From assembly GCA_039621445.1 (NCBI GenBank), contig CP154954.1, positions 37,495,703-37,559,702 on the forward strand: a DNA stretch of 64,000 bases. Direction: 5' to 3'. This DNA is from Euglena gracilis. Its lineage: Eukaryota. Under the pieces are notes generated by a model that was not told the DNA's origin, searched no databases, and worked only from the letters and a program-made list of their open reading frames with translations. The position numbers and the translations under genes were made by a program. Positions 10,401 through 23,768 of this stretch are shown in pieces. Within the stretch, counting starts at the first letter, position 1; each line of letters begins with the position of its first letter.

Positions 10401-13267
10401 GCCAACAGGCCAATATCCCGCAGACAGCGCCAAAGCGCATCATGCTCCTGCACCTTTGCAGAAATCCAAAGGATGTTCACCAAAGCTCGAATGGGCGACG
10501 CAACCACCGTCAACTCCTGCTGTATTTGCAGCAATTCTGGTTCAGGGCTTGGACCTGCCAGATTATGGAGATATATTATTATCTCAATCCCGATAGGGAA
10601 ATCCCCCCGGACTATGTCCCCATTAGGCCCCGTTTCGAGAAGGAAAGCATAGACGATTATGTCAAACGCCGATTCGGCGATACGCTCGATAGAGCACTAT
10701 TCCAGCCGTTTTTCCAAGGCGGCAGACGGAACGAGCTGGGCATGGCCCTACCCCTCCTACGCTTCAACCACAGAATGGTTGAAGACGAAAGGAAACCATG
10801 GGATCTTTTCCGATTACGGAAAAGACAGGTGCCACAGGCACCTGCCCCGAAGCCGCAACCGGCTTCAGAAGTTCCGCCATCGGAACCTTCAACACAGCCG
10901 CAACCGGCATCAGTACCCACAACGCAGCCGCAACCGGCAACGCCTGTTCCCCAGGGTATTCCTGGTGACACACCGCCACCCGTCTTTGGGCGCGGTCGGC
11001 GTTACCTAAGTTCCAGCCTATCGGCTACTGCGGAACCATTTATCCCTAAGGGATTACAGGAGAGTCAATCTTCTGTCGCAACCTCTTCACCCCAGCCCGC
11101 TATTGCGGCACCCCCCACCAGCGCGACTGCGCAACCAACAGCTGTGCCTACCGCTACAGCGGAACAGCCAGCAGCCCCTGCCGCTTCACCAGAAACGGTG
11201 GAGGACAGTGAGGGGAGTGATGGTGAGGGCGGTGAAGACCGCATGGAAGGCCTGGAAGACATATGTGCTGATGAACCTCAGCAATCAGTCCTTCCACCAG
11301 TCCCAATAGGGTCCAGGACACCTCTTCCACCTGAAGGAGATGTCAGCTCAGAGTCTGAATCGCCTGCATCCGAGGCCGAACGGCCACCGGTACCCCCGGT
11401 ACCACCCCTAGCCTTACCAGTAGTGCCAACGGCACAAACGACGACAGAACCTGTCGCATCACCGACAATACCTACGGGTGTTTTAGGTGGTGTGTTACAG
11501 GGGCTCACCGCGGCGATGTCCGCAGTATCAGCAGTACTGACCCCTCGAGGCTCACCAGCCACATCCCCTCCCGAAACCCAAAGGGTTACTACGGCAGATA
11601 GCAGCTCAACAGCCGTACAGCCTACGGCTACAACTCCAATGGAGTTGGATGTCCCAGCAGCTAAACCAGCTGCACCAGCACCGCCAACCGCGGAAATGCA
11701 ACCGCCTCCTGCCAAACCGGCAGCATTGGCACCTCCTGCCAAACCGGCAGCCCCGAAACCGTCAACAGCGGAAAGACCACTGCCTCCGGCAGACCCTCGT
11801 GAAGAACGCCGATATGGCAGGCAGAAGAAGCCTAAGGCTAAACCTTCAGCCGAAGGCTGCAAGCCCGCTGAACAGCGGCGGGATGATGAGCCACCACCGT
11901 CTGGTGGAGATGGCTCTGGCACAGGCCATAGGCCTACGATACCCATGGCCAGCTATGTGGCTGCAACCTCTGAAGGCGCTAAGCGCAAACCGACAATCAG
12001 ACCGATTCGGTCAAATGTCCCTCACGAGGCCGATGAGCCATTTTGGACTGAGGACGTACTGTCCAGAGTAGACCCCCTCAACACTCGCCAGGCTAGGATC
12101 AATATGATCCGCAACAGCAGTGACCCCTGGCTGAACAAGTGGATCAAGCCCTTGTTCCACCGGGATCAACCCGGTATTTTCACGACCAGCCACACTTGGC
12201 GTTTTTGGAATGCGAAATCTCCAAGGGTATTAGCCCAATATTTTGGAGGAAATTTCGTACTGGATTTCCAGGACAACGATCCACTATTGTGGTTATGTAC
12301 AGCATGCCATAGGCTACGAAACGACATGCCCGCAGTGCATATCTGCACACGCAACCCGGATAGCATAAGCTTCCACCATGATGCATATGTGCGCAATTGC
12401 GCAGCACTGGTTTGTGGCGATTGCCTGCTGACATGGTCCAATATGGACAATTTCCGCTGGACAGAAAACGATTATGACAAGGACATACCTGTCCGTTGCA
12501 TCAACTGCCTACAGGCAGGTTTTTGGTTACCTGCCACTGGTGGTATGACTAGAATCATACCAGAAAATGAAGACCATCTGGTCAAATTCAAGCAGGACTA
12601 TAAATCCCAAATCAACTTCTACCAGTTCAAGAAGTTCAAAGCTGTACACAGCTACGGCACAGGCGGAATCGCCAAAGATTTTCATCTTGACAGCGCAGCT
12701 GTCCGACTCGCAGTCGAGTCAGCAGGCAAGGCCAAAGTGCCATACATTTTTCAAGACTCCGATTGGGACAGGGTAATATACCCACTTTTTACGGCACAAA
12801 GCCTGCCAAACCGACCAAGTTTTACCTTTTTGTTGCCTGAATACCCCCCTGAGGCCTACAAAATGGAATTTACCGATTGGGTAAGAGAAGTTTTAAGGCC
12901 ATTCACCATCCGAGCGCGAGTCGCAGGTTGGCACACCAAGGCAGATCCTGCCGTTTATCCGGGGATACCCCCACAGGTTCAATGCAACCATCCCCGCCTA
13001 AATTTTTGGATCTGGCCGGCAATGTTGCCACTTTTCTTCTGGGATAACCTCCAGAATTTTCTGCATCGCGAAGCCAACAGGCTTGGAGTACGATTACCCG
13101 ATGGGTATACACAAAAATGGGAATATCCCGACTTTGATGTTGATGAGCCTGAAAGGCAACTTGTAAATTTCGAACCTCCGATACTGGAGATAGTGGAATC
13201 TCCTGAAGGAGATTACGTTCGGGAGATCAGACCACCGACTCCAAGGAAATGGCCGTCTGTGCCATAG
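7465..13267 (+). CDS. Extra retroelement ORF3 (~1,900 codons, apparent frameshifts near 7590 and 9050-9080): Pro/Gln/Ala-rich linkers, two globular blocks and an 8-Cys zinc finger
   Basis: MQDPGRGPGPPP (7465) joins ORFs 7443-9200 and 9083-13267. Aromatic-rich blocks at ~9760-10830 (with CTHC) and ~12040-13260; C-x2-C-x12-C-x17-C-x4-C-x2-C-x24-C-x2-C at 12296-12508. Confidence 0.75.
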
Positions 13268-14091
13268 ATACCCCAGGCTTACAGGCCACAGGTCCATGGA
13301 CCCTGTTCTGACCTTTCCATCAGGCCTATAGGCCTTGTATTCGGTATCTATCCCAGGCACATCTGCCAATATGTATTTTTACTTTACATATTACCCCCTC
13401 TCTTTTGGGCTACTGCCCACTTGTCGAGGTATATGCCTCTGGGGATACCCCATCGACAACATCGTGTCCGAGCAGCGCTGTGAAGCCTTCTCCTAGCGGT
13501 ATATGCCGCCAGTAAGAAGACACACAGCGTACAGCGCGCACACCGTAATAATAGCTCCCAACTTGTTACTTTTCGGCTATAAGGCCACATAAGACTGCCA
13601 GACAGCAAAACTTCTGCTAAGGTCTTTTGACCAGCCCCCCACTCCTCTCTCCTTTACCCCCCTGGGCAAAATATCGCTGTCGCCGGCAGTTGGTTTTGTA
13701 AATAGGTCTTTCTCCCTGGTCAGATATGACTGGCCAGGTGCCCCTTCCTTCCACACCCCACCCCTCAATCTTTTCCGATTATGGAATGAGACCTCCCTGC
13801 GTGTCATAGACACACCCCAAACTGGGTGGATGGGACTTTCTGGAATGGAAACCTTCCAGCCCCATTTCCCAATGGGCTCTTCCGCTTCCACCCCTCTGCC
13901 GCAATAAGTAGGCACTGCATAAGCGGTTAACCGCTTTTGCGCGTTTTTGCGTTATTTCGCAATTTCCTTCCCACACCCCTGGTGACAGGAGAACCAAAAG
14001 CCGCAAACGGCCTTGTGACATGTCCCCGTCACCAGGACTGTGTCCGGCATTCCGACTGGCCTGGTCCAGTAGGGAAATCGGGCATAGCCCT

Positions 14092-14101
14092 GGGAGGGGG
14101 A
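14092..14101 (+). promoter_or_regulatory. Polypurine tract (PPT)
   Basis: GGGAGGGGGA immediately followed by TG. Confidence 0.6.
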
Positions 14102-14270
14102 TGTGTACCAGGCAGCCGTAAGGCCGTGGTACTGTGTATGTAGGTATAAGCCTACGGCCAGATATAGCTCTGAGCCCCATACACAGTTACTATGCTAGGT
14201 GGTATTCCTACAGATGGCCAACGGCCTGAATTAGGAATACCAAAGCCTAATTCTGGTTCTCCTCTCCACA
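14102..14270 (+). repeat. Candidate 3' LTR (169 bp)
   Basis: Starts TGTG right after the PPT and ends CACA (4-bp inverted ends); internal hairpin GGTATTCCTA (14201-14210)/TAGGAATACC (14232-14241). No second copy in the window to confirm it. Confidence 0.5.
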
Positions 14271-15189
14271 GGTGGTATTCTTTGCTTTTCATTCTGACTT
14301 TGCAAGACTTGATCACCAAGTCTCATTTTTCACATTTGAAGTCCTGAAAGGACATTTGTCACTTTGTCTGGTCCGTAGCCCATAGGGCTCCTCCCCTGCC
14401 TTGTGCTCTGCCTCTTAATTGGGGAAAAGGGCAAACAACTTTTATATTATTCTTTTCATTTTTCTGTTACTCCAACTTTTACCTTTTTGCGCACCAAAGG
14501 GCGAAAGCGAGGAAAGGTTGGACGTACACTGCCCCCCACCTGCTGTCACCACCCAGCCCCAGGGCTTTTCGCAGAAAAACGTCTCTGGAGGGCTCACGGC
14601 CGGATTCCCAGCATTTCACCCCCTGCCAGCAGCTGGGTTGGCATGCCAGCGTAGGATCCAAAACTTTGACACTTCAAATGGGTTTTTCTTCCTTGAATAC
14701 AAAGAGAACCACAAATGAGTTTCTTTTGAAGTATGAACTTGATTCAGAAAGCAAAGCATATGAAAGGCAACTTGTACACCTTTGTTGTACACACCTGTGC
14801 TTGCTGGTGGTGAGAGCGACGTACAAACAATGATTTCGGAATGGAGTGCCTTACTACTTCATTCTTTTCATTTCAGTTTCAGTCTTGCAACATTTTGCTC
14901 ACCTTCCATTTGATTCTGGAGCTTTCTACCCACTGGGTGAGTCCTATCGCCGGGGGAACGTTGAGAAAAGCGGCTGTCGGCGTCCCGACCGCGGACACTC
15001 CGAAATGATTCCCGAATCTCTTGATTCATGTGGGGGGAGGTCTGGTTTTCGTTAGAAATCTTGACTCGTCATCCGAAAACGCGTCCATTGGGACTGGTTA
15101 AGGCCAAGCGGGGAACCACGGCATGAGCGGAGACGCGGGGTGGGGGCTATGTGCCGGTAGACTCTGCAACCGGTGCGCGAATAGAAACT

Positions 15190-15860
15190 TTTGAGCTCAA
15201 AGAGTCAGCAAGTGTGCCAACCACACCCATGTGAGGGTTTTGTTGGACGGAACACATTTGTGCGTGTAATTGGTCCAAATTGGTCACCAAATGATGCACT
15301 TGGAGAAGAACGGGGAATTTTGGAATCCCCTCCCAATCCTCCTGCAGCTGGTCAAGGCCCCATGCCCACTGATATTTTTACATTGCGTACTGAACCCATT
15401 TTTTGTTCACGCATCCTCTGTTTATACAGACCTTCAGACCTGGCACAGGCCAAACGAGCCACCAGTGTGTTGGTTAGGTTACCCTACATCAGGATTCAGC
15501 GTACAGGCCAAAAATTCCAGTGGGAAAGGGTTTTGTCCATACCCCAGTGTCCACATACAAGCCCGTTTCATTTAATGATGTGTTATGTGGCTGCCGAACG
15601 GTCATTCGTCAGACCTGGGCACCTTCTAAGTGTATTTAAACCCCTTCAGGGCAGACAGCATTGCGTCTATCGCAAAAGATTGCCAGACGCCAAACGCCAA
15701 ACATGAGGTGACCCCCCAGGTTTGGGCGCCAAATCCACAGGAGGGGAAGGGCTTGGTTTACTCAAAAAAAAATTCGGGCTTTCAACCCATAAACTGTTTG
15801 AAATTGGCCCTTTGAGGGGGTGGAGGCGTTTTTAACCCACCCTAGACGACTTGAGGTCCA
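15190..15860 (+). pseudogene. Decayed DIRS-type tyrosine recombinase
   Basis: Across frames: GEFWNPLPILLQL, LCLYRPSDLAQ (catalytic R box), SPFHLMMCYV, VWAPKST (decayed HSTR box) and EAFLTHPRRL (catalytic Tyr lost). Confidence 0.65.
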
Positions 15861-18800
15861 AGGTGCCCTGGAAAATGCCCTGGACACCCTAATTTGTGAA
15901 AAATCGGGCCTCACAAGGGAAAAGTGTGGAGCCCGCGCCGCCTCGCACCCCCTCGCGGCAAGCGGACAAGGGGCGACGGGGCACCGAGGGCGAAGCACAA
16001 AGACCTTGAGAGCCCGACCCCCCACGCAAAGAAAACTTGTCTTCAAAAGCCCTCGGGGGGACGGGCCCCCCAAGGGGCAAAAAGACACAAGAAGGCATAG
16101 CCAACCTTCCGATCCAAACAGCACCGCTGGAGAACAGGGCATGGCCCTCCCTTCGTGTCCCTCCCTCCCTTGCCCCGGGGGTGACTCCAGCTCTCCGCGT
16201 CTCAGCCTGGCTTCGCCACCGCTTCACCCCTCCGTCGATACCAATTATTCGGAAAAGCATCCCCCATTAGTTGATGTTGAACGTTTTGTGATATTTTCCG
16301 GAAAATTGATGGTATGCGTTGGCCCCTCTCGTTCTGCAGTTTCATTTGAGCCCGAAATCTTGAGCTCGAGTTTATTGCCCTTTTCTTTTCTAAATTGGGA
16401 ATTGCCAACTCAGCGAAAAAGGCACCAGGAGACCTCACCCAACGCACCAAAGCGGCAAAGTGTGGAGCCTGAGGTGTCCCCAAAATTTTGGGTATTAAAA
16501 AAAATGCCCCTCCAGCCAGCCCGTGGTCAGTGCCCCTCCAGGCTCCAGGGGGTATTTCTTTTCAGTCGTCTTCGGCTGCCAGGAGGGCACCAACGTTGAA
16601 ATTGGAGTGAAATGTGAACCTCAAAATGAAGTCAAATTGGTCAGATGTGGATGCAGTCAATGCAGTGGGGATGATGTGATGGCGATGAGGGAATAAAAGA
16701 CGCGGCGAAGAACAAAAAGGCGTGGTGAGAGGGAAAGAGGTGTGCGTCACTGAGCATTGTTGCAATGCATAAGAAAATCATCGTCCACGCACAGCACCAT
16801 TTCCAATTTTTTTTTAGCCTTTGAGAACCCCCCCCCGGTCGTTATAAAAAAATCCTGTTCTGGAACAATGCAACCGTTGCGTTAATCTGCTGCGCCAATC
16901 TGCATTTTAAAAGACTGTGCCACAAATCACCCACCGCTGGTCCTCCTAATAAGCAGGGGGCCAACGGTGGTTCGCTCTCTGGACCCCACCCCAGCTGACA
17001 TCCTGTGTCAACAACAGGCTGAGAGTTTGACAGTTCTGCCCTGACAACACTGGCCTTTTGCTGGCCGGGGGCAAGAATGTCCCGAAGCGACCCGTGATCC
17101 AGCTCAGAGGCTGGGACTGGACCCAACCCAAGGTCAAACCAGGTGAAAGAAAATCGACACTGCAAGAATGCAATCACTGGGGACCTGAGATAAAACCTTG
17201 GAAACCCTCTAGCACCCAAATTGGCCAGGAGTCCGATACCAGCCGGCCCTGCATCCGTCCGATCCAGGGCCAGCTGTGTGCCTGGCCCCTGATGTGGCCA
17301 ATTTTGTACTGCTTTGGCCTGTTTCAACTTGGACATCCAGCGCCAGCTGCTGGGCAGGGCCAGGCCGGGTCGCCTCGAACCATCAGGTGCATACAATTTT
17401 TTACTGACCGGGGGGGGGGGCACTCCACTTTTTTTAAAAAAAAACCAGTCAGTCAGTCAGTCACTCATTTTCGGAAAACCAGCCAGTCACTACGCCCCCC
17501 TCCCCCCCGGGGGTCAGCCACTCAGAAAAACGGCCACTTTCCAGTCACTTTAGGTCATTTTAGGCCAAAAAAAAATTCCGGCGACTTGAGCACCGGGGTC
17601 ACTCAAGCCACTTTTGCCCATACCTGGCCGACCCCCCCGAGTCAAACCACCCAAGCAATTGACTGATCAGGTGGGAAAAGAGCTCAGTGCACAAAACCTG
17701 GTCCGGACCGTTCAAAAATTACACCCTCCCCTGAAAGAGGGTGAAAAATTTTCCTGAATGATAACCAAAAAACCACAACTTCCAAACCCGACTTCTATCT
17801 TATCTATTCCGATGCCCCCCCTCCCAAGTTGCACCCAGTAAGGGGGGCAAGGGAGGCTTTATATTTGGGGGGGGGAATCAAACTTTTTCAGGAAGCTCTG
17901 TGACCTTTAGTGGCCTTCAATTGTGGCCAAATACCAATTTTCTGCCAAATTTTTGTTGTGTACCTCATATTTTCGCAAAAATGTACCCCCCCAAGCCCAA
18001 TGAACACAAAGGTGACAATCTAGACGGTCTGAACGGGGGGTGTTCATTGGGCTTGGGGTACAGTTTCTGTGTGGATAAGGTATATGGTGACAATCTAGAC
18101 GGTCCGAACACCCCCTACCCCCTGTTCGTTGGGCAAGGGTGTTCATTAGGCATGGGGGGGGTAATTCATATCCAAGATGAAGCACTTCTGGTGAAAGAAA
18201 AATGTTGTATCCACCCAAAATTTTTCGACTTTTTCCTGAATGACACCGTCTGGCTCAACATCGGGGGGGGCTTTATATTGGGGGGGGCTTGATATTTGGA
18301 AAGGGGTTTACCGCATTTCTTCCAGGTAACATGCAAATATGGCAATGACAAAGATGAGTAAACAAAAATTCTCAGCACCTCCTTCTGGCTGGATTGTTGC
18401 AGAAAAGGCTCTTTCACAAACAAATAATCTATGAACGTTGGAAACGAGCATACCGATGCTCTTCACAAGCAGACTGCTGTTTCACCCACAAACTTCCCAA
18501 GCAACCATGGTTCTTGGTCCATGACTGACATTGCAATTTGGTCCATTTTGTAAACAGTGAAAACTTCCGAAATCTCTTCCACCAAATTGTGGCAGGATAC
18601 GCAAGATTTGGAAACACCCACTGATGTATTGGACGGCCCTTTTGAGGGGGATTTTTTCCGTTGGGGTGGGAAAAAAACAAAAAAAGAACAGTGCATTCAT
18701 CAAAAACATCCCAAACAGACATACATGTATGTGTTTGAAGTAGCGAGCAAAAATGTCTGTTCCCAATCTGCTGGCAACATGCACACAGGTTGCCCAATGT

Positions 18801-18991
18801 TCCCAAATGCGTTGTCAATCTTTCTATATTGAGCACAAAATTCCAATTCACATGACCGGGAATGAATTGTACTAAAAAGCAGCTTGGGCGAAAGCAAAGC
18901 AATGTTCACTTCGTGCCCCAGACATGGTTCCTTTTCAACCTCGGAAAAAAAAACACACCACCCAAAAGATTAGAACAAAAAAAACAAATAT

Positions 18992-19034
<43 letters not shown>

Positions 19035-22000
19035 TCCACCAATCCTCCGATATGATGGTACAATTCCAGACAGATGGGGGCACCCCCTGCAAGTCCCTGC
19101 GAGCCCCCTCCCCAAATTTCTGGAAAAAAAGTCAGTCAATGTTGTTGCGAAAACAATTCAGACACTTTGAAGACAAGGGGGGGATGTGCCCCCCCAATAA
19201 GATCCCCCTGGGCCAGGCCAAGAAAAATCCAAAAAATAAGACCCCAAATTCTAGACCTCCTGACGGCGCAAAACCCCGGAGGCAATGAAAAAGAACCCCA
19301 ACAACCCCAATTATGGGCACAAAAAAATGATGAGAATTGTGATATATATCCCCCCCGGGCGCTTGTGCGCCTCAACGAACGTGTTGCTTCCATGATGGGG
19401 ATACTGTTGAGCAAAATCAACCCATATTTTGCATCTTTTCACTTTGAGAACGTTTGATTGCTCAACTTCTGGACATCAGATAAACTTGGTGGGGAAAAAA
19501 AGCACACAACCAAAACAAATATAACTCATAATTTGACTCCACCAACCTAAACATAGTATTTCAAGCCAAGTGTGGGACTCCAAAGCCAAAGGAATGGAGC
19601 CAGACATATACGCAAGGGTGGGGCTTAAACCCATCCCTGGAAAGCTCCAAGGCAAAGGTCCGCAACGTGCTTCTCCTCTGCATTTCATCCAGGCGTGTGT
19701 GTGCATAGATATGAGTAGAACAATTTTTTTGAAAAAAGATTTGGCCTTGTAAGAGAACATGCTTTTTGACAGAATCACTAACACCCCAAATGGCTTTGCC
19801 CCCTAACACCCCAAATGGCTTTGCCCCCTGCAAAATCAATGCACTAATCTTTTTGGCCCCAATCCCCTGCAAAATGATTTGGGAAGCACCTAATGAACCA
19901 GTGATCGACCAACTGACCACGTTTCCGAAAAGCAGTTTGTTAACAGGTCCTGTGTGTCCCCCCCCCCCGTAACAAAGGAAATTGTGGGGAATGATGCAAA
20001 AAAAGCATCTCAAATGCAAAAATGTTCAGGTGGACGATGAACAGAAGCATTAAATCATGTTACAGTTATAATAAAAAATTACTTGGATGGATGTTTTTTT
20101 GGCCAGTGGGCAAAAGAGGGGGGGGGGGCGGGGAACCTCCGTCCCCCATGAAAAAAAATCTTCAATTTCCATGAACATTGTTTGGGCAAGTTTTGGGGAA
20201 AATGTCTCAACATGATGTTGCAGGAAAATGGGGGAGACAAAATTTTGACCTTTTTGGGGGCACACCCTGGGGTCAGTCCCAATCCCGCTGGCACGGAAAG
20301 GGGAGGCTCAAACCCCACCGCCATCAAAGAGCCCATCCCCAAAAAATCAGCAGAGGTTCTTCTGAACCGATTGACTGAACCCAAAAACACCATCCTCCCC
20401 CATTTTAACACCCCCCCCCCTCGGGCACAAAATCCCAGCGAAATGGGAAAAAAAAAACACTACCCTGACAAATCGGGGCACAGAAATGATGAAAACGCTG
20501 ATTTCATGCCAGATTAAAGCTGAAAAAATTGCTGTGTTTTGCAAACCAAAAATGGGTCTCCAAGCCCCCCCCGCCCCCCAAATTAAGACCTGGCTATTTT
20601 TGGGTCCATTGCTGAAAACTTTTTGGGGGTTATTTAATTATTTATTTTTCTATTCATTTATTGTGTGTTGTAACCCCCCCCAAAGACCCTGGGCCTCCTT
20701 TTTGGGTCCGTTTCTGAAAATCCCAAAGACAATTTGGGGGTCTATTTGGATTTCCCCCCAAAAATCCGGAGGGGGGTCTCGGGTCTGGGGTCTCGGGTTT
20801 GGATTTTTGATGAAAAAAAATCGGCAGGGGGGCCTTAAACCCCTCCCTCACTTATAACCCCCCCGGGGGTTTAAGATCCTGTTTAGTGGTTGGCCCCGAG
20901 GGGGGGGTTATAAGTGGGGGGGTTCAGCCTTGGCGGTTCTCTTTGCCTTCTCATGGCTTCCGGGGGGGTTAGGGTTCGATATAAGGACAGGTGGGGGGGT
21001 CCGGACTCCCCCTGCGGGCCAGGGGGGGGGGGGGGGACACCCCCCCCACCTAAACAGTTGCGCGGTCAGGGTGACCGAAAAATTTTGACCCCCCAAAACG
21101 ACCAAAAGTGCCAATTTGGGCACTTTTTGGGGCAAAAATGTGCCAAAAATGCAAAAAATTTTCGGCGCAAAGCGCCGGAGGAAAAAATTCACCCTTTTTG
21201 GGGGGGTTCCGGGTGCCCCCCTCAGGGTCGGTCCGGACCCCCCTGGCAGGTGGGGGGGGGGTGGTCCGGACCCCCCTGCGGGCCGGGGGGGGGGGCCGGA
21301 CCCCCCACCTAAACCATGTACGCCCTCCTTAAATCAAACCCTGGGGGGGGTTATAAATCACGGTTTAGTGGTTGGGTCCGAGGGGGGGGTTATAAGTAGG
21401 GGGTTTATAGGATGGGGGGGTTATAAGTGGGGGTCGGGTTTATTTTGGGGGGGGGTCTTATTTTGACTGATTGGGCCCAAATAAAGATTTGTTTTGGGGG
21501 TCCAGTTTGGGACCATTCTTTTTTCCGTGCTTTGTACAAAAATACAGGAAAACTTGCCCCTTGGGGGAGGGTTACACTGGCCCTGACTCGGCCTGACCCC
21601 AGGGCCGGAACCCCCCCCCCCCAGGTCAGAACCCTGGAGTGGACGGGTGGTCAGATTCGATTCAGGGCAGGTGGGGGGGCCCCTCCTGTCCAGCAGGGGG
21701 GGGGGGTAACAGAAAGGAGCATGTATGGGTTGGAAACCCTCCAACCCATACATCCTCCTTTCGAACCTTGCTTGTGGTCGACCCTCCCACCCAGAGAGTT
21801 TCCAGGATGATTCCAGCCCTACCCCAAACAATTCATTTGGCTGGGAGCCAGCAACTTTTCAGTAGTTTGACCTCCGGCTTGCTAATCCAATTCACCCTGA
21901 AGAGGAGAAATTTGGACAATATTCACAAGCGAGTTCTGTTAATGAACTATTGTCGAGGAAAGCAATGGCCAACATTGTGAAGGTAGAGTGGGTGGGTGGG

Positions 22001-22451
22001 GCGAGGTAAATAGGTCCAGATGGAGACCGGCCACCGCAAGCGCAGGGGGATCTCACTGGACAGCAGCAGGAATGGGCAGCAACTGTGTGCAACTATGCGG
22101 CACACTTTTAATCACACACTTGGGCGAAGCCCAAAACGGTGCCCTGAAGATATTTATGCTAAGGCAACCTCCTCCATGAAACTGTGGACATCCTTAATGG
22201 ATAATGAATAACAAGGCCACCGGACAGGATAGGGGGGAATGCAACATGGACCCTTGAAAAATGCGACACAAAAAAACAAATGAATGCTAATAAACACAAA
22301 TTGTATGGAAACATGACAAGGACACATTGACACATTTTGACACATTGGCAAACAGGACAAGGGTTGCAAGCATTCATCAATGACATCATCAGAAGGTATA
22401 AAAATCCAAAAGAAGGAAAGACAAATAAAATTGATGATGATGCGTCCCAAA

Positions 22452-22734
22452 CAGGGGTTTTTTTAAGACCGGGGGGGAGGGGGGGTGCGACCCCACCCAC
22501 CCCCCCCCGGGGGGGGCCCCCGGGGGGGGGGGGGGGGGTCCCGGGGGACCCACAAAAAAATGGCCGAAAAATCGCGAAAAGTGCTAAAAATAGATTTTTT
22601 TCGGCGCCTGCGGCGCCGAAAAGTATATCCCACCCCCCTCCGGGGGGACCCCCCCGGCGGGGGGGGGGGGGGGGGGGCTCGGCCGGACCCACCCACCCTA
22701 CCCCCCCCGGGGGTCCACGACTAAAAAACCCCTG
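22452..22734. mobile_element. CAG-ended MITE with 8-bp TSD (hAT-like)
   Basis: TIR CAGGGGTTTTTT/AAAAAACCCCTG; perfect TSD GTCCCAAA (22444-22451, 22735-22742). Confidence 0.92.
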
Positions 22735-23768
22735 GTCCCAAACAGAGTGGTCACAGGGGTTCAATGAAAAAAAAATTGTGGCCTAAAATACTTGTTCAAT
22801 GGGGATCAATAATTGTGTCCAAAGTATCCGGAGGGACAACAAAATTGGCCAGGAGGGATCTTCATTTTGTCCTTGAGTGTCCGCAAGCTGTAAAGGCGCA
22901 TGCAGCCGAAGGAGCCAGTCCACTACCCCCCCCCCCCCTGGGTGCTTGGCCCGGGCCTTGATTGAAAGTAAGCCTGGGGGCTCAACCTTCGGGCTGAATT
23001 TTGCATGTTAAAACATTCGGGGGCAATTTGAAGGCATTCGAAGAATGGCTGGGAAGAAGATCCAACACATTTTGAAATGCCTTGGCTAAATCTCCTTGGA
23101 ACTGTGTGTGGCCAGTGCAAAAAAAACAACCTATGTTCCAAAAAAGTGCAGTTGACAGAGGAGGGTGTCAACGACACGCTGTGTCAATGACATGGGGGGG
23201 TTTAGGGAGGGGGGGGCAACCACCCGGGGGAGGGCAAGAGCCAAGGGGGGGAAGAACTGACACTCCCAAATTTGATGGAAATTAAAAACAAAATCAACAA
23301 AAAATACAGCAGGAATGGTCCAAATAGAAGCACACCCCCTGCTACCAGAGGCGGCAGTCTGCCATACTGCGCTTTTATCGAAGGGGGGGGGGGTGTTTGG
23401 AAAGAAGGGCAGTGGACCTCACTGACAACCTCCACCTCACTTGCCACTTTCAAATCAAACTGGGGTCACATCTAGGTGAGTTAAGCAACATGGTGCGCAT
23501 GAGGCATACGGAAAATGTTAGCAAGCACCTTGGTATTTTTGGACAAACACTGACAAAAACCAGGTATGAAAGTGAACCAGATGAATATGCATTCCTGTGC
23601 AAACAACAAAGCAAATATAAAGAGGTTAGAAATGCATAAATCACAGAACTTTTTTTGCAGCGGCAGACAAACAACAGGTGAGAATGCAAACGAGGACAGG
23701 ATAAGATTTGCATGTCACAAATTCCTGAACACGATAAAAACCTCCTCCTGTTGTCCAATCACTGGGAT

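Larger units (their letters stand above)
1..14270 (+). mobile_element. Ty3/Gypsy LTR retrotransposon (chromovirus-like) with extra MTase-like domain and extra ORF; 5' end outside window
   Basis: Domain order gag-PR-(MT)-RT-RH-IN-chromodomain is Ty3/Gypsy order; PPT and a TG...CA candidate LTR at 14092-14270. The 3' boundary is inferred because the 5' LTR is not in the window. Confidence 0.92.

Noticed and set aside
7465-13267. ORF3 as an envelope gene
   Set aside because: No visible signal peptide, fusion peptide or transmembrane anchor.
13384-14180. Antisense ORFs before the LTR
   Set aside because: Short, in different frames, with no recognisable motifs.
14271-14285. TGGTA after the candidate LTR as a primer-binding site of a tandem element
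   Set aside because: Only 5-6 nt resemble a PBS, no gag follows, and the same AGGTGGTATTC occurs inside the LTR at 14197-14207.
18996-19030. (TA)n microsatellite
   Set aside because: Ordinary simple repeat.
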